Source: Lachnospiraceae bacterium (GTDB taxonomy: Bacteria > Bacillota > Clostridia > Lachnospirales > Lachnospiraceae). From it: a DNA stretch of 64,000 nucleotides. The stretch spans positions 42,095 through 106,094 of the forward strand of contig JAVVVI010000003.1 of the NCBI GenBank assembly GCA_036652735.1, written 5' to 3'. Of this stretch, positions 1-10,257 are shown piece after piece. The stretch's first letter is position 1; each line of letters starts with the position of its first letter. The position numbers were made by a program, and so were the translations under genes. The notes under the pieces were generated by a model that saw only the letters and a list, made by a program, of their open reading frames with translations, did not search any database and had not been told where the DNA came from.

Positions 1-2117
1 ACTGGTGTGAACATACAGAGTATACTACAATTTTTGACGTAGATCATAAACCAATATCCGCCTATGCGGTTGGCAAGGATGTTACCAAGGAAAAGCTGGA
101 AAAACAGCGTTATGAAGAAGAAAAAAGATATTGGGATACGGCATTAAAGGAAATGATATCCTTTTATCATTTGAATCTCTCTACAAACGAAATTATGGAA
201 AGCAGCAGCAAAATATCAACCTGGGAACAGCTAAGAGCGATGGGAAGTGTGGACCAGTTTTTTAAAGAAGTTGCTGCACATATTTCAAAAAAAGAGCAAA
301 AGCAAGCGTTTAAGGCTATATTTACAAGAAAAAATTTGATTAAGATGTTTCAGGAAGGTCATACAGAAGAAGAGATCGAACACCTGTATCAATGGGACCA
401 GGGAGAGCGGCGATGGTTATGTACAAAGGTCAGTATTATACAGAATCCATATACAAGAGCGGTGGAGGCGTTTGTACATACCTTTGACATTGACGAAGAG
501 AGAATTAATCGGGCAGTTATGGACAGCCTTTCCATGCTGAATAACGACTTTGCTGTTCGAATTAATGTGAATAGCGGAGCCTATGTGGTTTGTGCGTCTA
601 ATGAAGGGAAGTATATTATCCATCCACCTGCAGAGGGTAATTATGATGAGCAGATCAGATTTTATTTTGACCGCTATGGTATGAAAGGCGATCAGTTGAA
701 TAACGTAAAAGCAATGCTTTTATCGTCAGTAAAACAGAATTTAAAAGGAAATAAGATTTATAGTACCGCGGCACGAATTCAGATAAATGGTGTTGAACGG
801 ATTAAACTTATGGAATATGCATACATGGATGAAGAGCGCAGAATGATTATTCAAACGACTTCCGATGTTACCCATGTATATGAGCAGGAAGAAAGGCAGA
901 AAGCAGAACTGGAAAAAGCATTAAAGGCAGCAGAGTGTGCAACGGCAGAAAAGAGCCTTTTCCTTGCAAGTATGTCTCATGAAATCAGAACGCCGTTAAA
1001 TGGCATTTGCGGAATGATTAATTTAATGAAACAGCAGCCAATGAATGAGGGGAATGAATTTCTGGAAAAGGCTGATTTTTCAGCTAAACATTTAAGCAGC
1101 CTGATTAATGATATTTTAGATATGTCAAAAATTGAAAGTGGGAAAATAGAATTAAAAGAAACTCCGGTAGCCAGAGGGGAAATCGCAAATTATGCTTACA
1201 TGGTAATCGGACCTATGGCAAAGGAAAAAAATATTGAATTCCGTATTGAAATCCTTGGTGATCCATTTACGGCTGTTTATGTGGACAGCAACAGGGTAAA
1301 ACAGATATTAATCAATTTATTATCCAACGCAGTCAAATATACGGAAAAGGGAGGACATGTACTTCTTGAAGCAACGGTGAAGAAACTTCCACAGAATCAA
1401 GTCCGTGTTACGTATTTGATTAAAGATGATGGAGTCGGTATGGAGGAATCTTTTGCAGAGCATGCTTTTGAAACGTTTCATAGGGAAAATAGAGTAACGG
1501 GACAGATTGGAACCGGTCTGGGACTTGCGATTACAAAAAAACTTGTGGATTTAATGAATGGAACAATTGAGATAAAAAGCAAAGTTGGTGTAGGCACTGA
1601 GATTACCATGGTGATTGTATTTGATGCTGTGAAAGAAGGCGAATGTATTGAGGAATCGAATTTTCAGATGGTTGATGGTGTAAGGAACTATGAATCCCTT
1701 CGTTTCCCGGGAAAGAGAGCTTTAATTGCGGAAGACAATACAATTAATATGCAAATAGCACAGTTACAGCTGGAATCCATGGGATTGGTGGTTGAAAAAG
1801 CACAAGATGGAGTAGAAGTTGTTCAGCATTATCTTCAGCATCCGGAGGGGTATTACGATATTATTTTTATGGACATTATGATGCCAAAGATGGATGGATT
1901 AGAGGCCACAGAACAGATACGAAAAAGTACCCACAGTGATGCAGGGACGATTCCAATTATTGCAATGACTGCAAATGCATTTAATGAAGATATACACAAG
2001 TCTTTGGAAAATGGTATGAACTACCATCTTTCCAAACCCTTTGAACGAGTTGAGATTATAAGGATTCTCGCAAAAGAATTTTCCACAAAAAGGAGTACAG
2101 AAGATGATACGGAATGA
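1..2117 (+). CDS. hybrid sensor histidine kinase / response regulator (5' end probably lies outside the window)
   Basis: The reading frame is open from nt 3 to the ATG at 153 with no stop, so the ORF-track start is only a minimum. H-box SHEIRTPLNGI (His codon 978-980). HATPase_c motifs NAVKYT, DDGVGM, GTGLGLAI. C-terminal REC domain (FMDIMMPKMDG with Asp codon 1872-1874, MTANAF, LSKPF). No hydrophobic TM segment. The N-terminal part consists of PAS-like repeats. Confidence 0.85.
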   Translation, partial: WCEHTEYTTIFDVDHKPISAYAVGKDVTKEKLEKQRYEEEKRYWDTALKEMISFYHLNLSTNEIMESSSKISTWEQLRAMGSVDQFFKEVAAHISKKEQKQAFKAIFTRKNLIKMFQEGHTEEEIEHLYQWDQGERRWLCTKVSIIQNPYTRAVEAFVHTFDIDEERINRAVMDSLSMLNNDFAVRINVNSGAYVVCASNEGKYIIHPPAEGNYDEQIRFYFDRYGMKGDQLNNVKAMLLSSVKQNLKGNKIYSTAARIQINGVERIKLMEYAYMDEERRMIIQTTSDVTHVYEQEERQKAELEKALKAAECATAEKSLFLASMSHEIRTPLNGICGMINLMKQQPMNEGNEFLEKADFSAKHLSSLINDILDMSKIESGKIELKETPVARGEIANYAYMVIGPMAKEKNIEFRIEILGDPFTAVYVDSNRVKQILINLLSNAVKYTEKGGHVLLEATVKKLPQNQVRVTYLIKDDGVGMEESFAEHAFETFHRENRVTGQIGTGLGLAITKKLVDLMNGTIEIKSKVGVGTEITMVIVFDAVKEGECIEESNFQMVDGVRNYESLRFPGKRALIAEDNTINMQIAQLQLESMGLVVEKAQDGVEVVQHYLQHPEGYYDIIFMDIMMPKMDGLEATEQIRKSTHSDAGTIPIIAMTANAFNEDIHKSLENGMNYHLSKPFERVEIIRILAKEFSTKRSTEDDTE

Positions 2118-3156
2118 TCAGGATCTTGCATTTATGCTGCAATATGAAAATGTTGCATGGTATGAGGATGGTAAAGTCAGAATCTTGGATCGAAGAATTT
2201 ATCCAACCAAAATAGAATTTGTAGAATGCAATACATACAATGAAGTAGCAGCTGCCATAGCCGATATGGTTACCCAGAGTGCCGGTCCCTATACCGCAGC
2301 GGGAATGGGTATGGCATTAGCGGCATATGAGGTAAGGGAAAAGCGGGAGAAGGAACAGATTGAGTATTTGAAACAGGCATCGTTTACGATTTCTCATGCA
2401 AGACCAACGACGGCCAATCGAATGGAACTTGTAACGGAGGGCTGTCTTCGAGCGGCAAAACAGGCCATTTCCAAGGGAGAAAGTGCACAGGAAGCCTGTT
2501 TCTTAAGAACCATTGATTCCCTAAATCGCAGATATGCCACGATGGAGATTGTGGGAGAATATTTGGAAGAGTTATTCCCGGAGCATGGCAGTATTCTTAC
2601 CCAGTGCTTTGGAGAAACCATTATTGGAATGATGTTACGGGCCTGCCATAAGCATAATAAGACAATTTCCATCTATTGTGCAGAGACAAGGCCGTATCTG
2701 CAAGGTGCAAGATTAACGGCAACCTGTTGTGCGCAAATGGGATTTGACACTACCGTGATTACGGATAATATGGTGGCTTATGTTATGAAGCAGAAGGGGA
2801 TTGATGTGTTCACCTCAGCAGCGGATACAATTACCAGAGATGGCCATATTGCAAACAAGATTGGTACTTACCAAATTGCTATTTTGGCAAAGCATTTTGG
2901 GGTGCCCTATTATGTAACAGGAATTCCGGATGGTGACAAGGAAACGGGAAACAGTATTGTAATAGAAGAGCGGGATCCGAAACAGGTTCTAAGTTATGGT
3001 GGAGTAGCAAATACCATTTCGGCGGTACATGGAATCTATCCCTCGTTTGATATTACACCACCGGAGTTGATTCGTGGGATTGTAACAGATAAGGGCGTAT
3101 TTTTACCGGATCGTCTCTCGGACTACTTTTTGACAAAGACAAAGGAATTCTATTAA
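2104..3156 (+). CDS. mtnA: S-methyl-5-thioribose-1-phosphate isomerase-like protein (eIF-2B alpha/beta/delta family sugar-phosphate isomerase)
   Basis: Family motifs [13 protein letters not shown] and [33 protein letters not shown]-terminal W-x-DG-x-V-x-ILD element. SD AAAGGAG at 2088-2094. The start overlaps the kinase stop by 14 nt. The exact substrate (MTR-1-P or another pentose-1-P) cannot be decided from sequence. Confidence 0.75.
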   Translation: MIRNDQDLAFMLQYENVAWYEDGKVRILDRRIYPTKIEFVECNTYNEVAAAIADMVTQSAGPYTAAGMGMALAAYEVREKREKEQIEYLKQASFTISHARPTTANRMELVTEGCLRAAKQAISKGESAQEACFLRTIDSLNRRYATMEIVGEYLEELFPEHGSILTQCFGETIIGMMLRACHKHNKTISIYCAETRPYLQGARLTATCCAQMGFDTTVITDNMVAYVMKQKGIDVFTSAADTITRDGHIANKIGTYQIAILAKHFGVPYYVTGIPDGDKETGNSIVIEERDPKQVLSYGGVANTISAVHGIYPSFDITPPELIRGIVTDKGVFLPDRLSDYFLTKTKEFY

Positions 3157-3192
3157 TAATTTTAAAAACTTTTTTAAATTCAGAAGTTTTTA

Positions 3193-3221
3193 TTGAAGAA
3201 CAAGAGCCAAGGGGGTATACT
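3193..3221 (+). promoter_or_regulatory. sigma-A type promoter for ackA (TTGAAG-17 nt-TATACT)
   Basis: TTGAAG at 3193-3198, 17-nt spacer, TATACT at 3216-3221, about 55 nt upstream of the ackA ATG. Confidence 0.5.
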
Positions 3222-3275
3222 AAGTATAGTACGCCCAGAAATTACCATGGAGTAAAGAGAAAGAGGAGAAAAAAG

Positions 3276-4469
3276 ATGAACATATTAGTAGTTAATTGTG
3301 GAAGCTCATCCCTTAAATTTCAGTTAATCAATTCGGATACGGAAAATGTTTTAGCAAAGGGACTTTGTGAGAGAATTGGAATTGAAGGAAGCAGAATTGT
3401 GTATCAGCCGGAAAATGGAGCAAAGGAGACCACAGAAGCACCAATGCCTACACATACACAGGCAATCAAGATGGTATTAGATGCTCTGGTAAATGAGAAA
3501 ACAGGAGTCATTAAGAGTCTGAAAGAAGTAGGAGCGGTTGGCCATAGAGTCGTACATGGCGGTGAAAAATTCACCTCCTCTGTTGTTATTACAGAAGAAG
3601 TGATTAAGGGAGTTGAAGAATGCAATGATCTGGCACCTCTTCATAATCCGGCAAATATAATCGGAATTCGTGCATGTCAGGAATTGATGCCGGGAGTTCC
3701 AATGGTTGGGGTATTTGATACTGCATTCCATCAGACAATGCCGGAGGAAGCTTATATTTACGGCCTGCCTTATAAGTATTATGAAGAATATAAAGTAAGA
3801 AGATATGGTTTTCATGGAACTAGTCACAGCTTTGTATCAAAGAGGGCAGCAGAACTTCTGAAAAAGCCTTATAATGAATTAAAAACCATTGTTTGTCATT
3901 TAGGAAATGGGGCAAGCGTTTGTGCAGTTCAAAATGGAAAATCAGTGGATACATCCATGGGATTAACACCTTTGGAAGGTTTGATTATGGGAACCCGTTC
4001 CGGAGATATTGATCCGGCAATTCTTGAATTCCTTGCAAAAAAAGAGAATATGGATATTGCAGCATTAATGAATATGTTAAATAAAGAATCAGGAGTATAT
4101 GGCATCTCCGGAATTTCCAGTGACTTTAGAGATCTTGAAGAAGCTGCAGAAAAAGGAGATTCAGCAGGTTCACGGGCATTGAAAGTGTATAATTATCATG
4201 TTGCAAAATATATTGGTGCATATGCAGCTGCAATGAATGGTGTAGATGCAATTGTATTTACAGCAGGACTTGGTGAAAATGGTATTAATACCAGAGCAGA
4301 AATTTGTGAATATTTAGGCTATCTTGGAATTGAGATAGATCCGGAAGCAAACAATATAAGAGGGAAAGAAGCTGTCATCTCTTCAACAGATTCTAAAGTA
4401 AAAGTAATGCTTATTCCAACCAATGAGGAATTGGCAATTGCAAGAGAGACCTTGACCTTAGTTAAATAA
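3276..4469 (+). CDS. ackA: acetate kinase
   Basis: Canonical motifs [69 protein letters not shown] upstream. Confidence 0.95.
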   Translation: MNILVVNCGSSSLKFQLINSDTENVLAKGLCERIGIEGSRIVYQPENGAKETTEAPMPTHTQAIKMVLDALVNEKTGVIKSLKEVGAVGHRVVHGGEKFTSSVVITEEVIKGVEECNDLAPLHNPANIIGIRACQELMPGVPMVGVFDTAFHQTMPEEAYIYGLPYKYYEEYKVRRYGFHGTSHSFVSKRAAELLKKPYNELKTIVCHLGNGASVCAVQNGKSVDTSMGLTPLEGLIMGTRSGDIDPAILEFLAKKENMDIAALMNMLNKESGVYGISGISSDFRDLEEAAEKGDSAGSRALKVYNYHVAKYIGAYAAAMNGVDAIVFTAGLGENGINTRAEICEYLGYLGIEIDPEANNIRGKEAVISSTDSKVKVMLIPTNEELAIARETLTLVK

Positions 4470-4501
4470 GAGATTTGAGTAGTTACTTAAATATGAGAAA
4501 A

Positions 4502-4528
4502 ATCCCTGAATAAATCAGGGATTTTTCT
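4502..4528 (+). terminator. rho-independent terminator after ackA
   Basis: ATCCCTGA (4502-4509) / TCAGGGAT (4514-4521) stem with 4-nt loop, followed by TTTTT. Flanked upstream by an A-run. Confidence 0.75.
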
Positions 4529-4563
4529 GCGGTACAAAAGAAATAAAGATAAGAGGAAAATAA

Positions 4564-5334
4564 ATGATGGAAAAGAAAGTAGAGATTGTATTTAGTCCAA
4601 CAGGAGGAACAAGGTCTGCTGTTCAAGAGGTAAGCAGTGGCTGGGATTTACCAAAAGAGAGTATTGATTTGTGTGTCGAAGAGGCGAATAATAAGGACTT
4701 TATTTTTTCGGGCAGGGAACTTTGTATAATAGGTGTGCCTTCTTATGGCGGCAGAGTGCCGGATATTGCAAGGCAGCGTATTCTGAACTTAAATGGGAAT
4801 CATGCAAGTGCAATTTTGATTGTGTCTTATGGTAATCGAGCATATGATGATACTCTTTTAGAGTTAAAAGAGATTGCAGAAAAAGCAAATTTTATTGTGG
4901 TTGCAGCAATTAGTGCAGTAACAGAACATTCCATAATGCACCAATTTGGAACTGGAAGACCAAATGCATCAGATAGACGTATACTCAAGGAATTTGCAGA
5001 AAAAATAAAAGAGAAGATAGAAAAGGAATCGAATTTAGGAGAAATATCTGTACCGGGTAAGGTTCCATACAGAAACTATGACGGAATAGCGTTAAAACCA
5101 AAAGCCAGTAAAAAATGTACAAATTGTGGAATTTGTGCAAGTCATTGTCCGGTTGGTGCAATCGATAAGGAGAATTGCAGACTGACCAATGTACAACTGT
5201 GTATATCCTGTATGTCCTGTATTGAAATCTGCCCTCAAAAAGCAAGAAGCTTGAATAAATTGATAAAAATGGCTGCGGGGAAAAAATTAAAGAACGTGTG
5301 CTCAAATCCCAAAGAAAATGAATTATTTATTTAA
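4564..5334 (+). CDS. flavodoxin-like domain fused to a 2x[4Fe-4S] ferredoxin domain
   Basis: The N-terminal half is flavodoxin-like (VFSPTGGTRS, IGVPSYGGRVP). The C-terminal half has two ferredoxin clusters, CTNCGICASHCP and CISCMSCIEICP. Confidence 0.75.
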   Translation: MMEKKVEIVFSPTGGTRSAVQEVSSGWDLPKESIDLCVEEANNKDFIFSGRELCIIGVPSYGGRVPDIARQRILNLNGNHASAILIVSYGNRAYDDTLLELKEIAEKANFIVVAAISAVTEHSIMHQFGTGRPNASDRRILKEFAEKIKEKIEKESNLGEISVPGKVPYRNYDGIALKPKASKKCTNCGICASHCPVGAIDKENCRLTNVQLCISCMSCIEICPQKARSLNKLIKMAAGKKLKNVCSNPKENELFI

Positions 5335-5354
5335 TTTAAAGGAGAGAACCTACG

Positions 5355-5894
5355 ATGAAAGATTTCATAAGTACTTCCATGACAGATTCACCGCAAGGTA
5401 ACAAGAGGTCCGGAAAACTGCCGGTAATCGGAATGCGTAATGTTAAAACGGCAGTTTCGGCAACCTTGTGTGCACTTCTTTATTTTCTCATTCACCGTAA
5501 TCCAACGTTTGCCTGCATTGGTGCCGTATTTGGCATGGACAATTCCCTGCCGGCGTCATTTCGAACCGGTGGTAATCGACTGATCGGCACCGTAATTGGT
5601 GGTTTCATTGGAATTGGAGTGTTTAGTTTAAGTTTATCACTTCCCTATCCGGAGATATCACGTATGGTACTTATTTTTCTTGGAATTATGGCGCTTATAT
5701 ACATTAGTCAGCTGCTTAATGTACAGGGAGCCATTCAGGCGGGTTCGGTTGTGTTTTTTATTGTAATGCTTAATACACCGGAAGATCAGTATTTTTCCTA
5801 TGCAATCAATCGAATTATTGATACCGGGTTTGGTGTTATGATGTCAATTCTGATTAATTGGATTCATATTAAATTACCAACAAAAAAAGAGTGA
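5355..5894 (+). CDS. small integral membrane protein, aromatic-acid-exporter/FUSC-like N-terminal module
   Basis: NVKTAVSATLCALLYFLI ... FACIGAVFGM ... GGNRLIGTVIGGFIGIG pattern typical of ArAE/FUSC N-terminal domains. 4-5 hydrophobic helices. Confidence 0.55.
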   Translation: MKDFISTSMTDSPQGNKRSGKLPVIGMRNVKTAVSATLCALLYFLIHRNPTFACIGAVFGMDNSLPASFRTGGNRLIGTVIGGFIGIGVFSLSLSLPYPEISRMVLIFLGIMALIYISQLLNVQGAIQAGSVVFFIVMLNTPEDQYFSYAINRIIDTGFGVMMSILINWIHIKLPTKKE

Positions 5895-5901
5895 CATACT
5901 G

Positions 5902-5938
5902 GCATAGAAACAAGACATGATGTGTCGTGTTTCTATGC
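5902..5938 (+). other. long intergenic hairpin (about 16 bp stem, one mismatch) without a U-tail
   Basis: GCATAGAAACAAGACA (5902-5917) pairs with TGTCGTGTTTCTATGC (5923-5938). Loop TGATG. No T-run follows. Confidence 0.5.
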
Positions 5939-5963
5939 TAGTATTCTATATGGAGGTATTCAT

Positions 5964-7313
5964 ATGGAAAAAAATATTTATGAACAAAAATCAATTACAA
6001 AGCTCATCTTCCTCTTTGGTATTCCGTCTATGTTGTCTCTCATGATTGAGATGCTTACGGGGATTGTGGATACTGCATTTGCCGGAAATTTACCGGGAAT
6101 AGGGGAGTATGCCCTGTCAGCAATGGCATTAATTTCACCCATATTGGGAATTTTCACAGCGCTGCAGACCTTGTTTGCAATGTCTACCGGTATTCTGATT
6201 GCAAAATACATGAACCATAGGCAAAAAAGAAACCAAAGTTATACAACAGGAGTAATCATGAGTATCCTGATCGCAATGGTTACATCCGTTATCTGTTTTT
6301 TTTCTTTATCCCTAATTTTATCTGCATTGGGTGCGGAGGGACAGATTATGCATTTGGCAAAGGAGTATTTAAGGATTCAGCTTCTCAGCAATCTGTTCAG
6401 TAGTGTTGGATATACCTTGACGTGTTGTATTCGGGCCTTTGGCTTTCCTAAAGTGGAGGTAAAGATTATTACTGCTTCTGTAGCGGTTAACATTGTCTTT
6501 AATTTTATTTTTGCATTTATTTTTAAAATGGGAATGGCAGGACTGGCATGGGGAACCTTTGCCAGCGAAAGTGTATGTGCAGTATGTGCCGTGATTTTTT
6601 TACAAAAGAAAAATCTCTGGGTGCAGAGGGAACCCTTGCAGATGAGGGAGTTTTTGGGAAGCATCTGGGAATTATTTAAAATCGGCATTGCGCAAACCGC
6701 AATACAGGTATTAGGAGGCTGTACAGGATTTTTCATTAATGCAAGACTTCTTACATTGGGAACAATGGTTCATGTGGCAGCCTGGAGCATTGTCCAGCGA
6801 ATTTATACATTTATTCTGGTACCAATTGTTGGGTTGACGCAGGGAGTGCAGAACATTATTTCATATTTTAATGGAAATCATGCAAAAGAGAAAATAAAGA
6901 ATGTCTCCAGAGAAACCATGATTTTATGCAGCTGTTATGGAGTAATCGCGTTGATTCTTATGATGAATTTTGGTCAAAATCTTGCGGGAATATTTGGAGG
7001 AAGCAGTGAGATCATTGCCATTTCAAAAATTATTTTGAAGATTGTTTTTTTGGGATTTCCTTTGGTGGGTATTTTGTATACGGATATGACTTTATTGCAA
7101 GTAACCGAACATGAAATTGCATCGGTATTATTAATTTTATCCAGACAGGTAGTATTTCTTCTGCCGCTTATTTATCTGGTTCCCATGGTGGTAGCCCATG
7201 CAGAAGTTCAAATTACACCTATGATTGCACTGTTTTTCTGCATGCCAATTGCAGATTTACTGTCCGTGGTGTTTGGCGTGATTATGAAGCGATGTATTGG
7301 TAGATTGTCTTAA
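5964..7313 (+). CDS. MATE family efflux transporter
   Basis: About 12 hydrophobic helices. MATE N-terminal motif IPSMLSLMIEMLTGIVDTAFAG. I prefer the ATG at 5964 (GGAGG at 5952-5956) over the ORF-track GTG at 5922, which lies inside the hairpin. Confidence 0.85.
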   Translation: MEKNIYEQKSITKLIFLFGIPSMLSLMIEMLTGIVDTAFAGNLPGIGEYALSAMALISPILGIFTALQTLFAMSTGILIAKYMNHRQKRNQSYTTGVIMSILIAMVTSVICFFSLSLILSALGAEGQIMHLAKEYLRIQLLSNLFSSVGYTLTCCIRAFGFPKVEVKIITASVAVNIVFNFIFAFIFKMGMAGLAWGTFASESVCAVCAVIFLQKKNLWVQREPLQMREFLGSIWELFKIGIAQTAIQVLGGCTGFFINARLLTLGTMVHVAAWSIVQRIYTFILVPIVGLTQGVQNIISYFNGNHAKEKIKNVSRETMILCSCYGVIALILMMNFGQNLAGIFGGSSEIIAISKIILKIVFLGFPLVGILYTDMTLLQVTEHEIASVLLILSRQVVFLLPLIYLVPMVVAHAEVQITPMIALFFCMPIADLLSVVFGVIMKRCIGRLS

Positions 7314-7320
7314 GAATCTC

Positions 7321-7349
7321 TGGAATTGAAAGGTCTTGTATGCTATAAT
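7321..7349 (+). promoter_or_regulatory. putative promoter for helD (TGGAAT-17 nt-TATAAT with TGc extended -10)
   Basis: TGGAAT 7321-7326. TGcTATAAT 7341-7349. Confidence 0.4.
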
Positions 7350-7393
7350 ACAGAGTAAAACGCAAAAGGGGAGTGCCAAGAGGGGAATAAATA

Positions 7394-9415
7394 ATGCGCG
7401 AAGAAATAAATGATAGCATAGAGATGGAACAAAACTACCTGGAAAAATGTATTGCAATTATTTATCAGAATATTCAGCGGTATGAGGAACAGGGGCATCG
7501 GCGATTTGAGGAAACCCAGGCCTTATATAAAGAAATGCATGATGGCAATATGGAAGTATATGATCAGCTGGTTACAAGTAAGGATTTGGAAATACATACG
7601 AAAAAGCAATTGGAAAGTAATTTTGCTGCTTTAAGAAAACCTTATTTTGGTAGAATTTCATTTGATAATCTTACCGATGGATGGAAGGCAGATTTGTATA
7701 TTGGAAAACATGGAATTACAAGCGGGGGAACACAGGTAAACGTAGTAGATTGGCGGGCACCTGTGGCCTCTGTTTATTATGAAAACATATTGGGAAGGGG
7801 AAGCTATAGAGTTCTTGATGAAGAAGAATGTGAGATTGATTTACAAAGGAAACGAACCTATGATATTGAAGATGGAAGACTACGGGGTATGTTTGACAGC
7901 GATGTTGTATCCAATGATGAGTTATTAATTCAATATCTATCCAGACACAAAGAAGCAGTCCTACATGATATTATAGCAACGATACAAAAAGAGCAAAATA
8001 AAATCATTCGGGCAAATCCGTTTCACAATGTCATAGTCCAAGGGGTAGCGGGAAGTGGAAAAACAACAGTGGCAACGCACCGAATTTCTTATATTTTATA
8101 TAATTACAAAGAGAAGTTTACTTCAAATGAATTCTGTATTATTGGCAGCACAGACCATTTGCTTGATTATATTTTAAGCGGATTACCGGAATTGGAAATT
8201 TACGATGTGAAATATAAGCGAATGGATGAACTGTTACAATATTTATTGAATAAGGATTGGAGGAAAAATGGGAAAATACAGCCAATAACCATGAGCCAGG
8301 CGTATAAAAGCAAAATAGAATATAGCAGGGAACTAGAACAGTATTTGAAGAGCATCAGAAAGAATACCCTACCCCTTCAGAGTCTGAGGGATAATAAACT
8401 GGGAATCCTAATTAATAAAAGAACGATTATGGATGTTATAAGAATCAATTCGGACAATTCTGTAAAAAAATTATTGAAGGATTTAGATGATAGAGTAAAA
8501 TTAAAGTTTAAGGAAGTATATAGAGGCGAACCGGAGGGTTACAGGAAATCGATATCAGACTATAAAGGATATTATGGGAGTCTGCTTCCTACGGATAATA
8601 TTTACTTTATCTATCAGAAATTTCTTGAGTATTATGGCAGAAAGACAAAGACCGATGTAGAAGAAACCATGGAAAACATACAGAAAAACAGATATGATGT
8701 ATATGATTTGGCTGCACTTGTCCTTATTTACTATCGCATAAAACAGGTGAAAAAAGATGAGGAATTTGGACAAATAATTGTGGATGAGGCACAGGATTTT
8801 GGGCCCACTGTATATTATTCGTTAAAAATGGTATTGCCAAACTGCTATTTTACGATTATGGGTGATGTTTCACAGAATATCAATTTTGAGACGGGCATGA
8901 ATAACTGGCAGGTAATGCAGGATGAGATTTTTTCAAAAGATACAGATGAATTTTGCGTGCTTTCCAAAAGCTACCGCAATACAATTGAAATCGCAGAATT
9001 TGCAAATGAAATATATAAAAATTCCATACGTGAAGATTATAGGATGGATCCGGTTATTCGCCATGGAGAACCGGTTACCATGTTAGAGATTATATCCAGG
9101 GAGGAAGGAGTCGGTGTAATTTGTGATTTAATTTCGGAATTAAAGCAAAAAGAATATAAAACAGTTGCGGTAATTTGCTTTCAGGAAGAGGAAAAGGAGT
9201 TTGTTGAGAAGAAATTAGTCTCGTATATTGGAGAAGAGAAGATGCTGCGGGAAGGGATTCAAGTGCTTTTTCTTCCAATGACAAAGGGGCTTGAGTTTGA
9301 CGTGGTTATTTTATGGAAACCGGATTTAAAAAAAGGAAGATTAGAGGTAAAGGAAGCAAAGTGTATTTATGTGGCGGCAACTCGTGCGTTGCATGAATTA
9401 TATGTAATATCCTAA
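7394..9415 (+). CDS. helD: HelD-type UvrD-family helicase (RNA polymerase recycling factor / helicase IV-like)
   Basis: HelD-specific N-terminal element PYFGRISF...LYIGKHGI...VVDWRAPVASVYY. Walker A GVAGSGKTT. Motif II DEAQD. C-terminal GLEFDVV and YVAATRALHEL. Confidence 0.8.
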   Translation: MREEINDSIEMEQNYLEKCIAIIYQNIQRYEEQGHRRFEETQALYKEMHDGNMEVYDQLVTSKDLEIHTKKQLESNFAALRKPYFGRISFDNLTDGWKADLYIGKHGITSGGTQVNVVDWRAPVASVYYENILGRGSYRVLDEEECEIDLQRKRTYDIEDGRLRGMFDSDVVSNDELLIQYLSRHKEAVLHDIIATIQKEQNKIIRANPFHNVIVQGVAGSGKTTVATHRISYILYNYKEKFTSNEFCIIGSTDHLLDYILSGLPELEIYDVKYKRMDELLQYLLNKDWRKNGKIQPITMSQAYKSKIEYSRELEQYLKSIRKNTLPLQSLRDNKLGILINKRTIMDVIRINSDNSVKKLLKDLDDRVKLKFKEVYRGEPEGYRKSISDYKGYYGSLLPTDNIYFIYQKFLEYYGRKTKTDVEETMENIQKNRYDVYDLAALVLIYYRIKQVKKDEEFGQIIVDEAQDFGPTVYYSLKMVLPNCYFTIMGDVSQNINFETGMNNWQVMQDEIFSKDTDEFCVLSKSYRNTIEIAEFANEIYKNSIREDYRMDPVIRHGEPVTMLEIISREEGVGVICDLISELKQKEYKTVAVICFQEEEKEFVEKKLVSYIGEEKMLREGIQVLFLPMTKGLEFDVVILWKPDLKKGRLEVKEAKCIYVAATRALHELYVIS

Positions 9416-9425
9416 CGCTTAAGTC

Positions 9426-9454
9426 TTGCATAGTGTCAAAGAAACAATTATAAT
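9426..9454 (+). promoter_or_regulatory. promoter (TTGCAT-17 nt-TATAAT) for the phosphatase gene
   Basis: TTGCAT 9426-9431, 17-nt spacer, TATAAT 9449-9454. Confidence 0.55.
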
Positions 9455-9495
9455 AAGTGAGAAAAAGATTTAAAAATAGAAGCGGAGGAGTCTGA

Positions 9496-10224
9496 ATGAA
9501 ATACGTGATAGGAGATCCACATGGCTGTCTTTTGGAATTTCTGGAATTAAAAGAGAGAATCCAAAAAAAAGATGACCAGGCGGAGTTTTTCCTTGTAGGA
9601 GATATTATTGATAGAGGTCCTAAGGTCTGGGAATTTTTGGTGTGGGCAATGGAGAATGTTACACCAAATGGAAGGATCCAAATGATTCTTGGAAATCACG
9701 AAGATATGGTAATTAATTGGTATTATGATAAGTATTGTCATTGGTTTCGTAAGACCGGAGGGGAACCAAAAGCAGAAGCCCCCCAGACGAAATATGATTT
9801 CAGCTGGCAATTAATGGAGCATGGAAAAGTAACACCACAGGAAATTGCACCTTACATACATTTTTTTCAAGAGTTACCCTTGTATATTAAAACAGCAGTA
9901 ATAGGTCCCGATGGAAATGAGCATAGGTACGTAATCGCCCACGCTTGGTTTGAAGAGGATGCAGAACGTGATACCCTTATTTGGGAGAGGAAAAAGGCCT
10001 ATCAGGGGTATGAAGACAAGAGCAATGCGACCTTAATACATGGACACACGCCTACAGTAGATGAGGAAGCGCTTGCAATGGGAGCTACCAATGGAAAAGT
10101 ATGGTGTTTACCTAACAATATTAACATTGATTGTGGTTTGGTTTATCGAACGCAAGGGTATCCCAAGGGAAATCTTGCTGCAATTTGTCTTGAAACATTA
10201 GAGATTACCTACCTCTATGAATAA
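9496..10224 (+). CDS. calcineurin-like metallophosphoesterase (lambda/PrpA-type Ser/Thr phosphatase or ApaH-like)
   Basis: Motifs GDPHG, GDIIDRGP, GNHE, HGHTP in canonical order. Confidence 0.8.
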   Translation: MKYVIGDPHGCLLEFLELKERIQKKDDQAEFFLVGDIIDRGPKVWEFLVWAMENVTPNGRIQMILGNHEDMVINWYYDKYCHWFRKTGGEPKAEAPQTKYDFSWQLMEHGKVTPQEIAPYIHFFQELPLYIKTAVIGPDGNEHRYVIAHAWFEEDAERDTLIWERKKAYQGYEDKSNATLIHGHTPTVDEEALAMGATNGKVWCLPNNINIDCGLVYRTQGYPKGNLAAICLETLEITYLYE

Positions 10225-10257
10225 CGGATTGGCAGGCAAAAAAAGGAGCATAATGGG

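Noticed and set aside
7394-10224. UvrD-family helicase plus metallophosphoesterase as a possible two-gene defence system
   Set aside because: The helicase carries the specific HelD N-terminal signature (PYFGRISF...VVDWRAPVASVYY) of the housekeeping RNA-polymerase recycling factor. The phosphatase has its own near-consensus promoter (9426-9454) in an 80-nt gap. There is no nuclease or OLD/ATPase partner.
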